From the NCBI GenBank assembly GCA_963667175.2, contig CAXXXF010000002.1, positions 64,001-128,000 of the forward strand: a DNA stretch of 64,000 nucleotides. Direction: 5' to 3'. A program made the position numbers and the translations under genes. Origin of the DNA: Candidatus Latescibacterota bacterium. Its GTDB lineage: Bacteria > Latescibacterota > UBA2968 > GCA-2709665. The notes beneath the pieces were generated by a model. It searched no databases. It was not told the origin of the DNA and saw only the letters and a list, made by a program, of their open reading frames with translations. Shown in pieces: positions 30,391 through 41,689 of this stretch (its first letter is position 1; every line of letters starts with the position of its first letter).

Positions 30391-31260
30391 GTGAGTGCTA
30401 ACGATCCCGTCGTCGCATTTCAGGGTGAAATGGGCGCGTTCAGTGAAATGGCCGCCCGCAGTTATTTCTCCGAAAACGTGCACGTGGTCTCGCAGCCCGA
30501 TTTCCAGGGTCTGTTCAGCGCGGTCTCCGGCGGCGAATGCACGCACGGCATGGTACCCATTGAGAATTCTCTCATGGGAAGCATTCACGAAAACTACGAT
30601 CTGCTCCTCCAGCAGGATCTCCACATCGTCGGTGAAATCAAACTGCGCGTCGTGCACAACCTCATTGTCAATCCCGGCGTCCGGATGGAAGACGTCAGAC
30701 AGATCTACTCACAAGCGCCCGCCCTGGCGCAATGTACCGAGTTCATTCGATCCACCGAAGGCGTCGAAGCGGTGGTTGCGCACGACACGGCAGGCGCCGT
30801 CAAACAGATCAAGAAAGAAAGAGCAAGAGACGCCGCAGCCATCGCCAGCGCACAGGCAGCGATCGACTACGACCTGGAAATCCTCCGGGAAGGTCTTGAA
30901 AACGACCACCGGAATTATACCCGGTTTCTGGTCATGGCCTCCAAAGCGGCTGAACCTGTCGATCCCGCAAAAACCACGATCGTCTATGCCCTGGATCACA
31001 TTCCCGGCGCCCTGTTCAAGAGTCTGGGTGTATTTGCAATGCGGGATATCAATCTGCTGAAAATCGAATCGCGCCCCTTAAGCGGCCGGCCCTGGGAGTA
31101 CGTCTTCTATCTGGATTTTGAAGGCCACCTGGCCAGCGATCGATGTCGACAGGCGGTTGAACACCTCGAACAGATGGCCAGTTTCCTCAAAATCCTCGGC
31201 TCCTACACGCAGGGCAAGACTGTCGAAGGCAGTCTGCGCGAAAAGAGGGTGGTCCCATGA
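30391..31260 (+). CDS. pheA: Prephenate/arogenate dehydratase with ACT domain
   Basis: PIENSLMG, NYTRF, KIESRP; GTG start after GGAGG. Confidence 0.92.
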   Translation: MSANDPVVAFQGEMGAFSEMAARSYFSENVHVVSQPDFQGLFSAVSGGECTHGMVPIENSLMGSIHENYDLLLQQDLHIVGEIKLRVVHNLIVNPGVRMEDVRQIYSQAPALAQCTEFIRSTEGVEAVVAHDTAGAVKQIKKERARDAAAIASAQAAIDYDLEILREGLENDHRNYTRFLVMASKAAEPVDPAKTTIVYALDHIPGALFKSLGVFAMRDINLLKIESRPLSGRPWEYVFYLDFEGHLASDRCRQAVEHLEQMASFLKILGSYTQGKTVEGSLREKRVVP

Positions 31261-32423
31261 ACCTGGCGGGAAGAATGGCGCAGCTTGGAACGGAATCCGC
31301 ATTCGAAGTCCTCGTCAAAGCGCGAAACCTCGAAGACCAGGGCCGGGACGTGGTCCACCTCGAAATCGGCGAGCCCGATTTCGATACGCCGGCACATATC
31401 GTCAACGCCGCCCGAAACGCGCTTCAATCGGGTTATACCCACTACGGCCCCCCGGTGGGTCTTCCGGAGCTCCGCGACGCCATCGCAACCGACGTCTCGC
31501 GGTTCCGGGGCATCCCGGTCGATCCGGATCAGGTTGTGGTCACTCCGGGCGCCAAACCGATTATGTTCTATGCCATTCTGGCCCTTGCGCAGGCGGGAGA
31601 CGAGGTGATCTATCCCGATCCCGGATTTCCCATCTACGAGTCGGTCATCAGGTTTGCGGGCGCCGTGCCGGTCCCGATTGCGCTCACCGAGGAACGCGGC
31701 TTCCGTCTCGACGTAAACGAACTTTCGGACCTGATCACGGACCGCACCCGGCTTCTCATCATCAATTCCCCACAAAACCCCACAGGTGGAATCATCCCGC
31801 CGGCAGACCTGAAGGCGATCGCCGAAATCGTCGTCGACAAGGGGATTCCGGTACTCGCCGACGAGATCTATTCCAGGATCCTGTACGAAGGCGCCTTCCA
31901 TAGCATCTCCGTTTACGAGGGGATGGCGGACCAGACCATTATTCTGGACGGCTTCTCCAAAACGTACGCGATGACGGGATGGCGCATCGGGTACGGGGTG
32001 ATGCCGCGAAGCCTGGCGGAAGCGTTCGGACTCCTTATGGTCAACAGCAATTCCTGCACCGCGTCGTTCACCCAACGCGCCGCTCTGGCCGCGCTCCAGG
32101 GGCCCCAGGACGACGTCCACGCGATGGTGGCTGAATTCAGACGGCGGCGGGACACCTTTGTCGCGGGACTCCGCGACGTTCCGGGCATTCGCTGCCCGTT
32201 GCCCGGCGGCGCATTCTACCTGTTTCCGAATATCGCAGACCTGGGTCTCTCCTCCCAGGAATTCGCCGACTGTCTCCTGTACGAAGGAAACGTCGCGGCC
32301 CTGTCCGGACGTGGATTCGGCGCCCGCGGCGAGGGCCACCTTCGCTTCTCCTATGCCACTTCGGTCGAGAGTATCCGGAGTGCGCTGGACCGCATCGCGG
32401 ATTGCGTGCGAAAAATCGGTTGA
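31257..32423 (+). CDS. Class I/II PLP aminotransferase (AspB-like)
   Basis: IGEPDF, NSPQNPTG, DEIY, FSKTYAMTGWRIG; ATGA overlap with pheA. Confidence 0.93.
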   Translation: MNLAGRMAQLGTESAFEVLVKARNLEDQGRDVVHLEIGEPDFDTPAHIVNAARNALQSGYTHYGPPVGLPELRDAIATDVSRFRGIPVDPDQVVVTPGAKPIMFYAILALAQAGDEVIYPDPGFPIYESVIRFAGAVPVPIALTEERGFRLDVNELSDLITDRTRLLIINSPQNPTGGIIPPADLKAIAEIVVDKGIPVLADEIYSRILYEGAFHSISVYEGMADQTIILDGFSKTYAMTGWRIGYGVMPRSLAEAFGLLMVNSNSCTASFTQRAALAALQGPQDDVHAMVAEFRRRRDTFVAGLRDVPGIRCPLPGGAFYLFPNIADLGLSSQEFADCLLYEGNVAALSGRGFGARGEGHLRFSYATSVESIRSALDRIADCVRKIG

Positions 32424-32513
32424 TAACGCGCCGTTTCAACACGGGATGGCCGATTGACGGTATTCCCGTTTGACAAAGGCAGTCCCGGTTCCGCAGGCGG
32501 ATGGACCGGCGGT

Positions 32514-34628
32514 TTACCACATCACACGGAACGTCGTTGCGCTGCTCACCTCCTGACGGCTGTTCAGGTCCAGCACGTTCACCCGGAATTCCCTGGGCCC
32601 GGGAAGCATTTCCAGGTTCAAAACCTGGTAAATCGGCTCCCACGCCTGCGATCCCTTGTGGGTATAGGAAACCGCCGTGGTCCATTCCTGCTCCGCGGCC
32701 GCTGCGTCGTCCTTTACGGTTCGGATCTGGTAGGTCACCTGGTAGTTCGTGGCGCCGAAACGGTCTTTCTGCAAGTTGTAAATCTCATAATAGAAATACG
32801 CCTGTGCGCCCTGCTGGTACTGTTTGAGCGGATTGGGCAGAATGAGGTACCGCTCGCGACCGTAAGGCGCGTGTTCCCGCTCGACAATCCGGCGCGCAAG
32901 CAGCATATCGCTCACGCTCAGCGAATCGTACCCGAATGTCTCAACGCGAAGTACGCTCCTGAACGTACCAATGGATTTCGTCTTCCGGTCTTCCGCCTCT
33001 GCCGCGATGAAATACTTTCCCGGCGCCAACGTCAGCTTCTCGCTTGCGAACAGATATCCGTCCCGGTTGGCGCCATATTGTACCCACGGCATCATCTCCA
33101 CCCTTCCGACGTCTTTCTTCAACGTATCCCAATTCGCGTCAAACAGAAACAACCCCTGGCGCATTGCGACGGCTTGCGCACCGGCTTGCGCCTTCCCGCG
33201 CTCTACTTCCTCTCCGGGTAACGCGTAATAGATCTCCACCCTGGCCACCTCGCCATCGCCTCGAAACCGGGCCATCTGGTACGGCGCATCGTACCGCTCC
33301 CATTTGTACGGATCTTTATAGTACTCCGGCGCCTTTGTCGTCAGCGCGTCGAAATCCACCGGCTGCCTCCCGACCCAGCCCACCCTGTAACGCCAGGTAT
33401 CCCTGCTATCCGTATTGGCGAAAACCAGGCGGATCCCGCCGTAGTCCCACATTTCCAGACGGGGACGGTGTTTGTACGGCGCCAGTCCTTGCTGACTCAA
33501 CCAGTACAGATGATCCTGGTACCACACCGGCTCATCCAGACCGGTATCGATCTCGGGCGGCCGGACGCTTCTCGCCTCGGGCCGTCCGTAACGGATATAC
33601 GCCTGCCCCTTGTCCGTGGACCATCCCGCAATTCCCCGTTCCGGATCTCCGAAGCGCAGGTTTGCATAGGCCACGCGTCCACAGTGTTCCATCAGGCGTT
33701 CGTTAACCGGTGTCAGAAACAGCGGATCGCGACCGGTCCAGAACGCACGCAGCGCCTCCTCATCCGGCAGGTCCCGGCCTGCCTCCATACTGTCTTTGCC
33801 GACCAGCATGAAGACGGACATCATGAACTGCCGCTCACGGAACGACATCCGCTGCAGTCCGTTCACGTATGCCGGATACGCGCGCTTGAGTTCGTCCTGC
33901 GCCTGAAGTGCCAGGCCCAGGAACAAATGGGCGTCCGGGTCATCCGGATGGCGAGCCAGGTATTCCTGAAAAAGCGCCGCCATCTTTGCCGGCATCTGCG
34001 CCTCGTAATACACCAGACCCAGCAGAAGCAGCGAAGGCCTGTGGTTCGGATCGACCGCCAGCGCCCTGGTCAGATATCCGATCGCCTGATCCCGATCTTC
34101 CTCGCCGAATCTCTCCAGGCTGAACGAACGCACCCGCTGATATCCCCGATCGTCGTACTGATAGTCGATCCGTTCGCCCTCCAGGTACCGTGACATCTGC
34201 CAGGCCGCGTACCGGCCGGCCAGGTAGAGCGCCCCGACGTGGTTCGGATCCAGGTCGATGGCCCGCTTTGCGTTCTTGTAGGCGTGACCCCGCCGGCCGA
34301 GCCCCCAGAGCGCCTTTGCGTAGGCAATGCGAAAATCCATGTTCTTTTTGTCTTTGCGCATCGCCCGCTGCAGCCACGTGGAGGCCTGTCGCCGCGAACC
34401 CGGCGTTCTCTCGTCGTTATACAGTTCTGCCAGGTCGTGCATGGCCCAGCCGGAATCGTCATTCCTGATTGCTTTCTTGATCAACCGCACCCGCTTCTCG
34501 TACGCCATCGTCGTGTCCGATGCGGCCGAAAGGAGCGAATCCACCCTCGCGGAAACCGATCTGGCGGCATCCGCGGGCGCCGCGCAGGCCAGCAAGGCCC
34601 CCACAGTCACGTAAGCCAATGCCCGCAT
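32514..34628 (-). CDS. Exported GWxTD-domain TPR protein
   Basis: Signal peptide, TPR-like helices, FW...DP..TP.NE and GWSTDKGQAYIRYG. Confidence 0.88.
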   Translation of the reverse strand: MRALAYVTVGALLACAAPADAARSVSARVDSLLSAASDTTMAYEKRVRLIKKAIRNDDSGWAMHDLAELYNDERTPGSRRQASTWLQRAMRKDKKNMDFRIAYAKALWGLGRRGHAYKNAKRAIDLDPNHVGALYLAGRYAAWQMSRYLEGERIDYQYDDRGYQRVRSFSLERFGEEDRDQAIGYLTRALAVDPNHRPSLLLLGLVYYEAQMPAKMAALFQEYLARHPDDPDAHLFLGLALQAQDELKRAYPAYVNGLQRMSFRERQFMMSVFMLVGKDSMEAGRDLPDEEALRAFWTGRDPLFLTPVNERLMEHCGRVAYANLRFGDPERGIAGWSTDKGQAYIRYGRPEARSVRPPEIDTGLDEPVWYQDHLYWLSQQGLAPYKHRPRLEMWDYGGIRLVFANTDSRDTWRYRVGWVGRQPVDFDALTTKAPEYYKDPYKWERYDAPYQMARFRGDGEVARVEIYYALPGEEVERGKAQAGAQAVAMRQGLFLFDANWDTLKKDVGRVEMMPWVQYGANRDGYLFASEKLTLAPGKYFIAAEAEDRKTKSIGTFRSVLRVETFGYDSLSVSDMLLARRIVEREHAPYGRERYLILPNPLKQYQQGAQAYFYYEIYNLQKDRFGATNYQVTYQIRTVKDDAAAAEQEWTTAVSYTHKGSQAWEPIYQVLNLEMLPGPREFRVNVLDLNSRQEVSSATTFRVMW

Positions 34629-34889
34629 TCTTCCTCCTGTCGCACGTGGCTTCCGACGTCGAGAAACCGTTGAAAACGCAACAAATGGCAGTTTGACAAT
34701 GAAATGAATCCCCGCTATCATGTATACGAACCATCCGTTGAAAAGTTCTCTGCCAATGCCGCCGGATCAGCGTCTGAAGCCGGCAACGTGCGACGGTATG
34801 GCGTCCTTACTGGGGGGACGCGTCGTCGAGCGCGGTGACGCCGGTCGGCTTCCACGTACCAATACAACGTGCGCTTCCCGGAGATTGCA

Positions 34890-35960
34890 ATGTCCAACCC
34901 GTACCGCCAGCCTCCGCCGGTCGTCAATCGCTGGATCAATGACCGCCAGCGCCTGCTTCGAAACGAATCCGAAGATTATCTTCGCAACGAAGTCCTGAAC
35001 TACGGTCCGCGGCAGGCGGCGCACTGGAATCGGGACTACACTTCGGTTGAAGCCTTTGAAGGGTCCGTCGAACCCAACCGCCGCTGCTGGCAGGAAACGA
35101 TCGGCATCTTCGAGGACGACGGCGCCCCCCTCGAACCGGTGCTGGATCCGTGGTGCGAAGACGACAGGTTCACGGCCTGGTGGCTGACCATCGGATTGTC
35201 GGGGAACCTCCGGGGCCGCGGAATACTCGCCCTTCCCAGGGGCAGGAGCAGTCCCGCCCCACTCGTAATCGCCCAGCACGGCATCGGATCGTCACCGGAG
35301 AAGGTCTTCGGACTGGGGGATCCCGACGACACGTACAAGTCCTATGGGCGACGCCTGGCCGAAGAGGGATTCGCCGTCATCGCCCCCATGAATATCTCGG
35401 GGGGCGCGCCTCGAGCCCGGCAGGAACGCCTCTGCAAGCTCCTTGGCAAAACCCTATGGGGCCTCGAAATCCTCCGTACCAGGCGCCTTCTGGACTACCT
35501 GGAAACCCGTCCTGAAATCGACGTCAAACGCACCGCCATGTATGGGATCAGCCTTGGCGGCGCGTACACCATGTTCACGACGCCGGTAGAACCCCGAATC
35601 AGGGCCGCCGTGGTATGCGCCTGGTTCAACCACAGGCGCAACAAAATGGCCGTAGACGACCCAAGGTACAGCTGTTTTCTTTCCGTCAACGAAGAGCACG
35701 TATGGATTCCAGGCTGGCTGACGGCGTTTACCGACAGCGATCTGGTTTCGCTCATCTGTCCCCGTCCGCTGCTGGTGGAACAGGGCAAAGCCGACGGCAT
35801 CGCCTGGTGGCCGATGATGCTCGAAGAGTATCATCTGGCCTGCGAACACTACGCCAGACTCGGTTTGTCCGAAAACATCGAAATCGACCTTCACGAAGGC
35901 GGGCATGAGATTCGGCTCGATAAGAGCCTTCGATTCTTGAGGAAATGGCTGAAGCCTTGA
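34890..35960 (+). CDS. Alpha/beta hydrolase (dienelactone hydrolase/acetylxylan esterase-like)
   Basis: GISLGG nucleophile elbow, LICPRPLLVE, GGHE. Confidence 0.8.
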   Translation: MSNPYRQPPPVVNRWINDRQRLLRNESEDYLRNEVLNYGPRQAAHWNRDYTSVEAFEGSVEPNRRCWQETIGIFEDDGAPLEPVLDPWCEDDRFTAWWLTIGLSGNLRGRGILALPRGRSSPAPLVIAQHGIGSSPEKVFGLGDPDDTYKSYGRRLAEEGFAVIAPMNISGGAPRARQERLCKLLGKTLWGLEILRTRRLLDYLETRPEIDVKRTAMYGISLGGAYTMFTTPVEPRIRAAVVCAWFNHRRNKMAVDDPRYSCFLSVNEEHVWIPGWLTAFTDSDLVSLICPRPLLVEQGKADGIAWWPMMLEEYHLACEHYARLGLSENIEIDLHEGGHEIRLDKSLRFLRKWLKP

Positions 35961-36046
35961 CGGTTCCCGATCGGGTTACCGGATTTCGTGCCCATCCCGA
36001 GGGTTGTGCCGGACGTTCCATAATACGAAACACGAAGGAAAAAACC

Positions 36047-37045
36047 ATGGTTAAACTCGGTGTCTTCGGCTGCGCGGGCATTGCGACCCATCAGCTGAAT
36101 TCCGTCTGGGAAGACAAGCGATTCGAAGTGGTGGCCGGCGCGGACGTCCGCCCGGCGCAGCTCGATGTATTCAGGGAGAAATTCGGCATGCGGCACGGGT
36201 ACGCCGACTACCGGGTTCTGCTTGCCGAGGCCGATATCGAAGCCGTCATGATCTGCGCCCCCACCTTCCTCCACCCGGAAATGGCCGTCGCTGCCGCGGA
36301 GGCCGGGAAACGGATCTTCTGCCAGAAGCCTATGGCGATGAGTTCGTACGACTGTTATCGCATGATCCAGGCCTGCCAGAGACACGAGGTTGGCCTCCAG
36401 ATCGGTTTCGTGCGTCGTTTCGACAGCGATTGGGGCACGGTCAAGAGGGTCGTCGAATCCGGCCGGCTCGGAAGCCCGCTTCTCTGGCGGCAGACCTCGG
36501 GGGGCTCACCGCCGGGAAGCCCGTTCTTCATGGACCGCTTTCAGGGCGGCGGGCCCATGATCGACGGCATGGTCCACAACTACGACTTCGCGGCGCATTG
36601 TTTCGGAGAACCCGTGGAAGTCAAGTCGATGCCAATGAAGATCCACCACACGTCCACCGCCTGGGACACGGGCACCGTCCTCGTCCGCTTCGAACGGGGC
36701 GACGCCATGACGTGTTCATGGACGTGGGGACTGCCGGCCGGCGTTCGCGCAGGGGGAGGTACGGACGTCATCGGTCCCAATGGCGTGCTGCGGTTTCCCG
36801 GAAACTACGACCCGGAGAAAGCCGAAGGCAAGTACGACGCGGACGTCCAGGGCGCCTACCTCCTGACGCTGGCCGACGGCGAAGAGGAAGTCATCACCTT
36901 CGAAAAGAAGAACATGTTCCGGGACGAGATGCTGCATTTCGCCGATTGGGTCCGGAATGGCGGCGAGCCCCACGTCACGGGTGAGGACGGGTTGCGCGCC
37001 ACCCGTATCGCGGAGCTTGCCCTCAACGGGGGCGGGCTGTGTTAG
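36047..37045 (+). CDS. Gfo/Idh/MocA family oxidoreductase
   Basis: GVFGCAGIA, CQKPMA, RRFD. Confidence 0.88.
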   Translation: MVKLGVFGCAGIATHQLNSVWEDKRFEVVAGADVRPAQLDVFREKFGMRHGYADYRVLLAEADIEAVMICAPTFLHPEMAVAAAEAGKRIFCQKPMAMSSYDCYRMIQACQRHEVGLQIGFVRRFDSDWGTVKRVVESGRLGSPLLWRQTSGGSPPGSPFFMDRFQGGGPMIDGMVHNYDFAAHCFGEPVEVKSMPMKIHHTSTAWDTGTVLVRFERGDAMTCSWTWGLPAGVRAGGGTDVIGPNGVLRFPGNYDPEKAEGKYDADVQGAYLLTLADGEEEVITFEKKNMFRDEMLHFADWVRNGGEPHVTGEDGLRATRIAELALNGGGLC

Positions 37046-37058
37046 CCCGCGCATCGCA

Positions 37059-39104
37059 ATGACCGCTCGAACCGTCCTTGTACTGGCCGCACTTCTATGC
37101 GCGGCGGCGCCCCTGCACGCGCAGGGCAGCGATACGCTGCCGGATGCCGACTTCAACGCCGACGGCAACGTCGATTTCCAGGACTTCATCCTGCTCGCGC
37201 AGGCCTTCGGCTCGGGACAGGCCCTTTTCGACCTGGACGGCGACGGCGTTGTCTCGTTTGGTGACTTCCTGCTCTTCGCCCGGGCATTCGGCCGGACCGG
37301 CGCGCGGGTTCCCCGGATCCGCGATATCGGCATCCCGGTACGTTCCGTCAACTGGGTCCGGCTTCATCCGGGCCGGAACGGTGAGGGCCGCCCCCGCGTG
37401 TACGTCACGATGGGGCAACAGGCCGACAACCTGTTCGTCCTTCAGGTCGACCCCGAAACCGGCGCGTTCCGCCAGTTCGTCTCCGATGTACCGCGGTCCA
37501 ACTACCCTACCGCCACGTTGATGAGCCGCTCGGGCCGCCTCTACGTCGGGTCCGCGTACGCCGGCCACCTCCTCTGCTTCGATCCCGCCCTGAACGCCCT
37601 TCTGGATCTGGGCGCCATCAACCCGGGGGCCGCCACCTTCCCGTGCCGGATGGACGAGGACGAGAACGGTCGTATCTGGATCGGCAGCTACCCGGGGGCC
37701 GACCTGACCGTTTACGACCCGAAAACCGGCGAGTTCACGCGCTACGGCCGCATGTCCGACGTCGATCTGTACAACTACCCTCTGGTTGCCCCGGACGGCA
37801 AGATCGCCTGCCTGATCCGGCAGACGCGGCCGCACGTCGTCGTGTTCGATCCGTCAACGCAGGAGCGTTTTCTCGCCGGTCCGATCACGTTCAAGGGACA
37901 GGGCACGCTGAATCTGGAGAGGAGGCGGGACGGCAACCTCTACGTCATCACGTCGGACTACGGCAATTTCCTGATCTCCGGGAACGAGGGAATCGCCGTT
38001 GCGACGCTGCCGGGCCGCATGCCGCGTCCGACGCTTCCGGACGGCAGTACGTTCGTTTTTTCCGACGCCACGGAACAAATCTATCGTACCCTCAGCATCC
38101 GCCGTTCCTTCGGCAGCGTCCGCACTTTCGAACTCGATTACGAGGCCAGCGGCACTGACATTTTCTACGTTCACACGGGCCCGGACGGCCTGATCTACGG
38201 CTCCAGCATCCTGCCGTTGCACCTCTTCAGATTCAACCCGGCATCCAGTGAACTGGTCGACCTCGGCAAATGCTCCCGTTCCGCCGGCGAAGCGTATTCC
38301 ATGGCGAATCTGGACGGCCGGCTTTATATCTCGTCCTATCCCGCCGCCCGCGTTTCCGTCTACGACCCTTCATTTCCGTATCACTACGGCACGGGCCCGG
38401 ACGACAACCCCCGCGACCTGGGCCGTTTGGACGATATCTCCTACCGGCCGCGTTCCACGCTCGCGGGTCCGATGGGCAGGGTCTGGCTCGCGTCCGTACC
38501 CGACTACGGCCGGTGGGGCGGCCCCCTTGCCTATTACGACCCCGAATCCGGCGAAAGAAAGTCCTACAAACGTATCGCGGGCGACGCAAGTTGCTATACT
38601 CTGGCCCACCTGGAACCGCAGAAACTCATCGCCGTGGGTACCACGATCAGCGGCGGCAGCGGCACCCGGCCCCGCGTCAGCGAGGCGACGCTCTTCCTCT
38701 GGGACTACGAGGCCGAAGCGAAAGCCTGGGAGGGTACGATCGAACGTGGAAGCGCGCCCGCGTCGGTCTTCAATGCGTTGCTTACGGGGCCCGACGGCCT
38801 GCTCTACGGCACGGTTCGGGGCCGCGGTCTCGATGAGCTCTTCGTGTTCGATCCCGCCACCCGCACCTTTACCCACCGGCTCCCCCTGCCCGACGGCCGT
38901 CCCCTCGACCTGGGTCTGCAAGACGGTCCGGACGGCAAGATATACGGCTTCACCAGTACGCTCATCTACAGTCTCGACCCCTCAACCCGTCAGATTGAGG
39001 AAGTTCTCCGCGTGGACGACGGGATCCGGATCGCCGGTCCGATTATGGGCAAAGAGATTTATTTCGCGACCGGCGCGGTGCTTCGGTCGGCGACCATCTT
39101 CTGA
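37059..39104 (+). CDS. Secreted protein with a dockerin/EF-hand-like pair and a beta-propeller
   Basis: Signal peptide; DFNADGNVDFQDF and DLDGDGVVSFGDF; repeated GPDG.IYG / FDP blades. Confidence 0.8.
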   Translation: MTARTVLVLAALLCAAAPLHAQGSDTLPDADFNADGNVDFQDFILLAQAFGSGQALFDLDGDGVVSFGDFLLFARAFGRTGARVPRIRDIGIPVRSVNWVRLHPGRNGEGRPRVYVTMGQQADNLFVLQVDPETGAFRQFVSDVPRSNYPTATLMSRSGRLYVGSAYAGHLLCFDPALNALLDLGAINPGAATFPCRMDEDENGRIWIGSYPGADLTVYDPKTGEFTRYGRMSDVDLYNYPLVAPDGKIACLIRQTRPHVVVFDPSTQERFLAGPITFKGQGTLNLERRRDGNLYVITSDYGNFLISGNEGIAVATLPGRMPRPTLPDGSTFVFSDATEQIYRTLSIRRSFGSVRTFELDYEASGTDIFYVHTGPDGLIYGSSILPLHLFRFNPASSELVDLGKCSRSAGEAYSMANLDGRLYISSYPAARVSVYDPSFPYHYGTGPDDNPRDLGRLDDISYRPRSTLAGPMGRVWLASVPDYGRWGGPLAYYDPESGERKSYKRIAGDASCYTLAHLEPQKLIAVGTTISGGSGTRPRVSEATLFLWDYEAEAKAWEGTIERGSAPASVFNALLTGPDGLLYGTVRGRGLDELFVFDPATRTFTHRLPLPDGRPLDLGLQDGPDGKIYGFTSTLIYSLDPSTRQIEEVLRVDDGIRIAGPIMGKEIYFATGAVLRSATIF

Positions 39105-39129
39105 CCCGCGGCCAGGGAAGGCACACTGA

Positions 39130-40197
39130 ATGGCCAGGACAGACGACAATCGCAGGCTCCGCATCGCCTTCATTGGCGCGGGGGGCATCGCGGGCGTCCA
39201 CATGCGTTGTTTCACGGAAATGGACGACGTCGAAATGGTCGCCATGTCGGACGTTTCAGAGGCCGCCCTCGAACGACGTTCGGAAGAATTCGGGATCGCC
39301 CATTGCTTTGCGGACTATGAGTCCATGCTGGGCGACGTCAGGCCCGATGCCGTCAGCGTGTGCACGCCGAACGGCCTTCACGCGCCCGCCGCCATTGCCG
39401 CGCTCTCCGCGGGCGCCCACGTCATTGTCGAGAAACCCCTGGCCATGAACGCCCGGGAAGGGACAGCCATGCTCGACGCGGCCCGAAACCACCGCCGCAA
39501 ACTCGTCATCGGCTTCCAGCAGCGCTTCGACCCGAGAGCCCAGTTCATCAAGAAGGCTGTTGACAGCGGCCGATTGGGGAGGATCCTGTTCGCCCGCTTA
39601 CAGGCCCTGCGCAGGCGCGGCATTCCGAACTGGGGGGTTTTCGGCCGGAAAGAGCTCCAGGGAGGCGGTCCGCTCGTGGACGTCGGCGTCCACGTGCTGG
39701 AAGCCGTCCACTACCTGATGGGTTCGCCCAGACCCGTCGCGGCCAGCGGAAACGTCTTTACGTACCTCGGCGACAGAAAGCCGGAAGCGGCCTGCAGATG
39801 GCCGGACTGGGACTATGAGAACTACACCGTTGAAGACCTTGCGGTGGGCCAGATCCGTTTTGAAGACGGCGCCGTTATTCACGTCGAGTCCAGTTTTGCC
39901 GCCCACCTCCCGTCCGACGTGTGGAACTTTCAGCTGATGGGCGAAAAAGGCGGCGCTACCTGGGACCCTCTCTCGATCGCACGGGATGACAACGGATACA
40001 TGGTTAACACCGAACCGGGCTGGTTGCCCAAGTCCGATTTCGGATCCGCTATCGGGGCAAAATTACGCAATTTCGTCGACCACGTCCTCTACGACGAACC
40101 CACGCTCGCGCCGGCCGAACATGGGCTGATGGTGCAGAAGATGATGGATGCGATTTACCTGTCCGCTGAAAAAGGACGGGAAGTGGAAATCGAATAA
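39130..40197 (+). CDS. Gfo/Idh/MocA family oxidoreductase
   Basis: FIGAGGIA, VEKPLA, RRRGIPNWG..GGGPLVDVGVH. Confidence 0.9.
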   Translation: MARTDDNRRLRIAFIGAGGIAGVHMRCFTEMDDVEMVAMSDVSEAALERRSEEFGIAHCFADYESMLGDVRPDAVSVCTPNGLHAPAAIAALSAGAHVIVEKPLAMNAREGTAMLDAARNHRRKLVIGFQQRFDPRAQFIKKAVDSGRLGRILFARLQALRRRGIPNWGVFGRKELQGGGPLVDVGVHVLEAVHYLMGSPRPVAASGNVFTYLGDRKPEAACRWPDWDYENYTVEDLAVGQIRFEDGAVIHVESSFAAHLPSDVWNFQLMGEKGGATWDPLSIARDDNGYMVNTEPGWLPKSDFGSAIGAKLRNFVDHVLYDEPTLAPAEHGLMVQKMMDAIYLSAEKGREVEIE

Positions 40198-40230
40198 GAG
40201 CCCGGCATTCTTATCTCCCCTGGAAACGGC

Positions 40231-41679
40231 ATGAAAGCGTCGACCGAATCCGAAGCCCTCGTTGCCGAATCGCGCCATCTGTGGCAGAACTATTTCCCCG
40301 GCGCAAAACCGGAAAAACAGCCAACCACGATTATCCGCGGCGACGGGCTCTACGTTTACGATGCCGAGGGAAACGAATACCTGGACACCTTCGCTTCGCT
40401 GCTCACGACCCTTTGCGGGCACGGCCGCACCGAAGTCGTCGACGCTGTCAGGAAACAGATGGAGAAGCTGGCCTACTTCCCCGGCGGCCAGGACGTCCTG
40501 ATCGAACCTGCCGTCAGACTGGCGGCGAAACTTGCCGAAATCGCGCCGGGGCGCCTCTCCGTCTCCTTCCTTGTCAACGACGGCTCGGAGGCAAACGAGG
40601 CGGCCATCAAACTGGCGCGCAGCTATCACCGGGCCAGAGGGGAGAAGAACCGCTACAAGGTCCTGTTTCGAAGGGGCTCCTATCACGGGGCCACGCTCGG
40701 CGCGCTCTCCGTGACCGGCCTGGCCGGCGCCCGCGCGCCCTATGAACCCCTGCTGCCGGGCTTCACCCACGCCATGCCTGCGAACTGCTATCGCTGTGAA
40801 CTCGGCCTGGACCCCGATACGTGTGCGCTGGCCTGCCTGAAGAATCTCACGTCCATTCTGGAATGGGAGGGCGCCCAATCCGTCGCCGCCGTCATCATGG
40901 ACCCCATCCCGGGGTCCAACACGGGATTCCCCCTACCCCCCGACGGGTATCTGCAGGGGATGCGCGATCTCTGCGACGGGCAGGGCGTCCTGCTCATCTT
41001 CGATGAAATCCAGACCGGCTTCGGCCGCACCGGAACCATGTTCGCGTGTGAAAACTGGGACGTCACTCCGGATATCATGACCGTCGCCAAGGGTTTCTCC
41101 GGGGGTTATCTGCCCATCGGCGCCGCGATTGCGACCGAAGAGATTGCTGAGACCATTCAACAGGCGGGTACGGGATTCCACCACGTCCACACCTTCTCCG
41201 GGCATGCGGCCGCCTGCGCCGCCGCGCTCGCCCATATCGAAATCATCCAGAAGGAAAACCTCGTGGCGCGCGCCGCCGACCTGGGTGTCTATCTTCAGGA
41301 AAAACTGAACGGACTCTACCGGTATCCGATCGTGGGAAACGTGCGCGGCCTCGGCACCCTCTGGGCCGTCGAACTCGTGGGCAGCCGCGAAACAAGATCG
41401 CCTTTGAATCCTCCCGGCAAGGCCGGCGGCTTTATTGCCGAATTCTGCCGAAAAGCCGGTATGATCCTTCGCAACAACGGCGACGTCCTCGTTCTGGCGC
41501 CCGCTCTCGTGATGACCGTCGAACAGGCAGACCGGATGCTCGATCTGCTGCACGGCGCCATCGGTAAGGCGATGGGATATTGTGCACAAGACGGAGACCG
41601 CATGGAGTGGATCGGGGATTCCTCCGCGAACCGGCCGGCGGACGCCAGGCAACGCCGGCGCCCGGCTCCTTACGTGTGA
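40231..41679 (+). CDS. Class III PLP aminotransferase (omega-amine/taurine-type)
   Basis: GSEANE, SYHG, FDEIQTGFGRTG, PDIMTVAKG. Confidence 0.9.
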   Translation: MKASTESEALVAESRHLWQNYFPGAKPEKQPTTIIRGDGLYVYDAEGNEYLDTFASLLTTLCGHGRTEVVDAVRKQMEKLAYFPGGQDVLIEPAVRLAAKLAEIAPGRLSVSFLVNDGSEANEAAIKLARSYHRARGEKNRYKVLFRRGSYHGATLGALSVTGLAGARAPYEPLLPGFTHAMPANCYRCELGLDPDTCALACLKNLTSILEWEGAQSVAAVIMDPIPGSNTGFPLPPDGYLQGMRDLCDGQGVLLIFDEIQTGFGRTGTMFACENWDVTPDIMTVAKGFSGGYLPIGAAIATEEIAETIQQAGTGFHHVHTFSGHAAACAAALAHIEIIQKENLVARAADLGVYLQEKLNGLYRYPIVGNVRGLGTLWAVELVGSRETRSPLNPPGKAGGFIAEFCRKAGMILRNNGDVLVLAPALVMTVEQADRMLDLLHGAIGKAMGYCAQDGDRMEWIGDSSANRPADARQRRRPAPYV

Positions 41680-41689
41680 GAAAAATCCA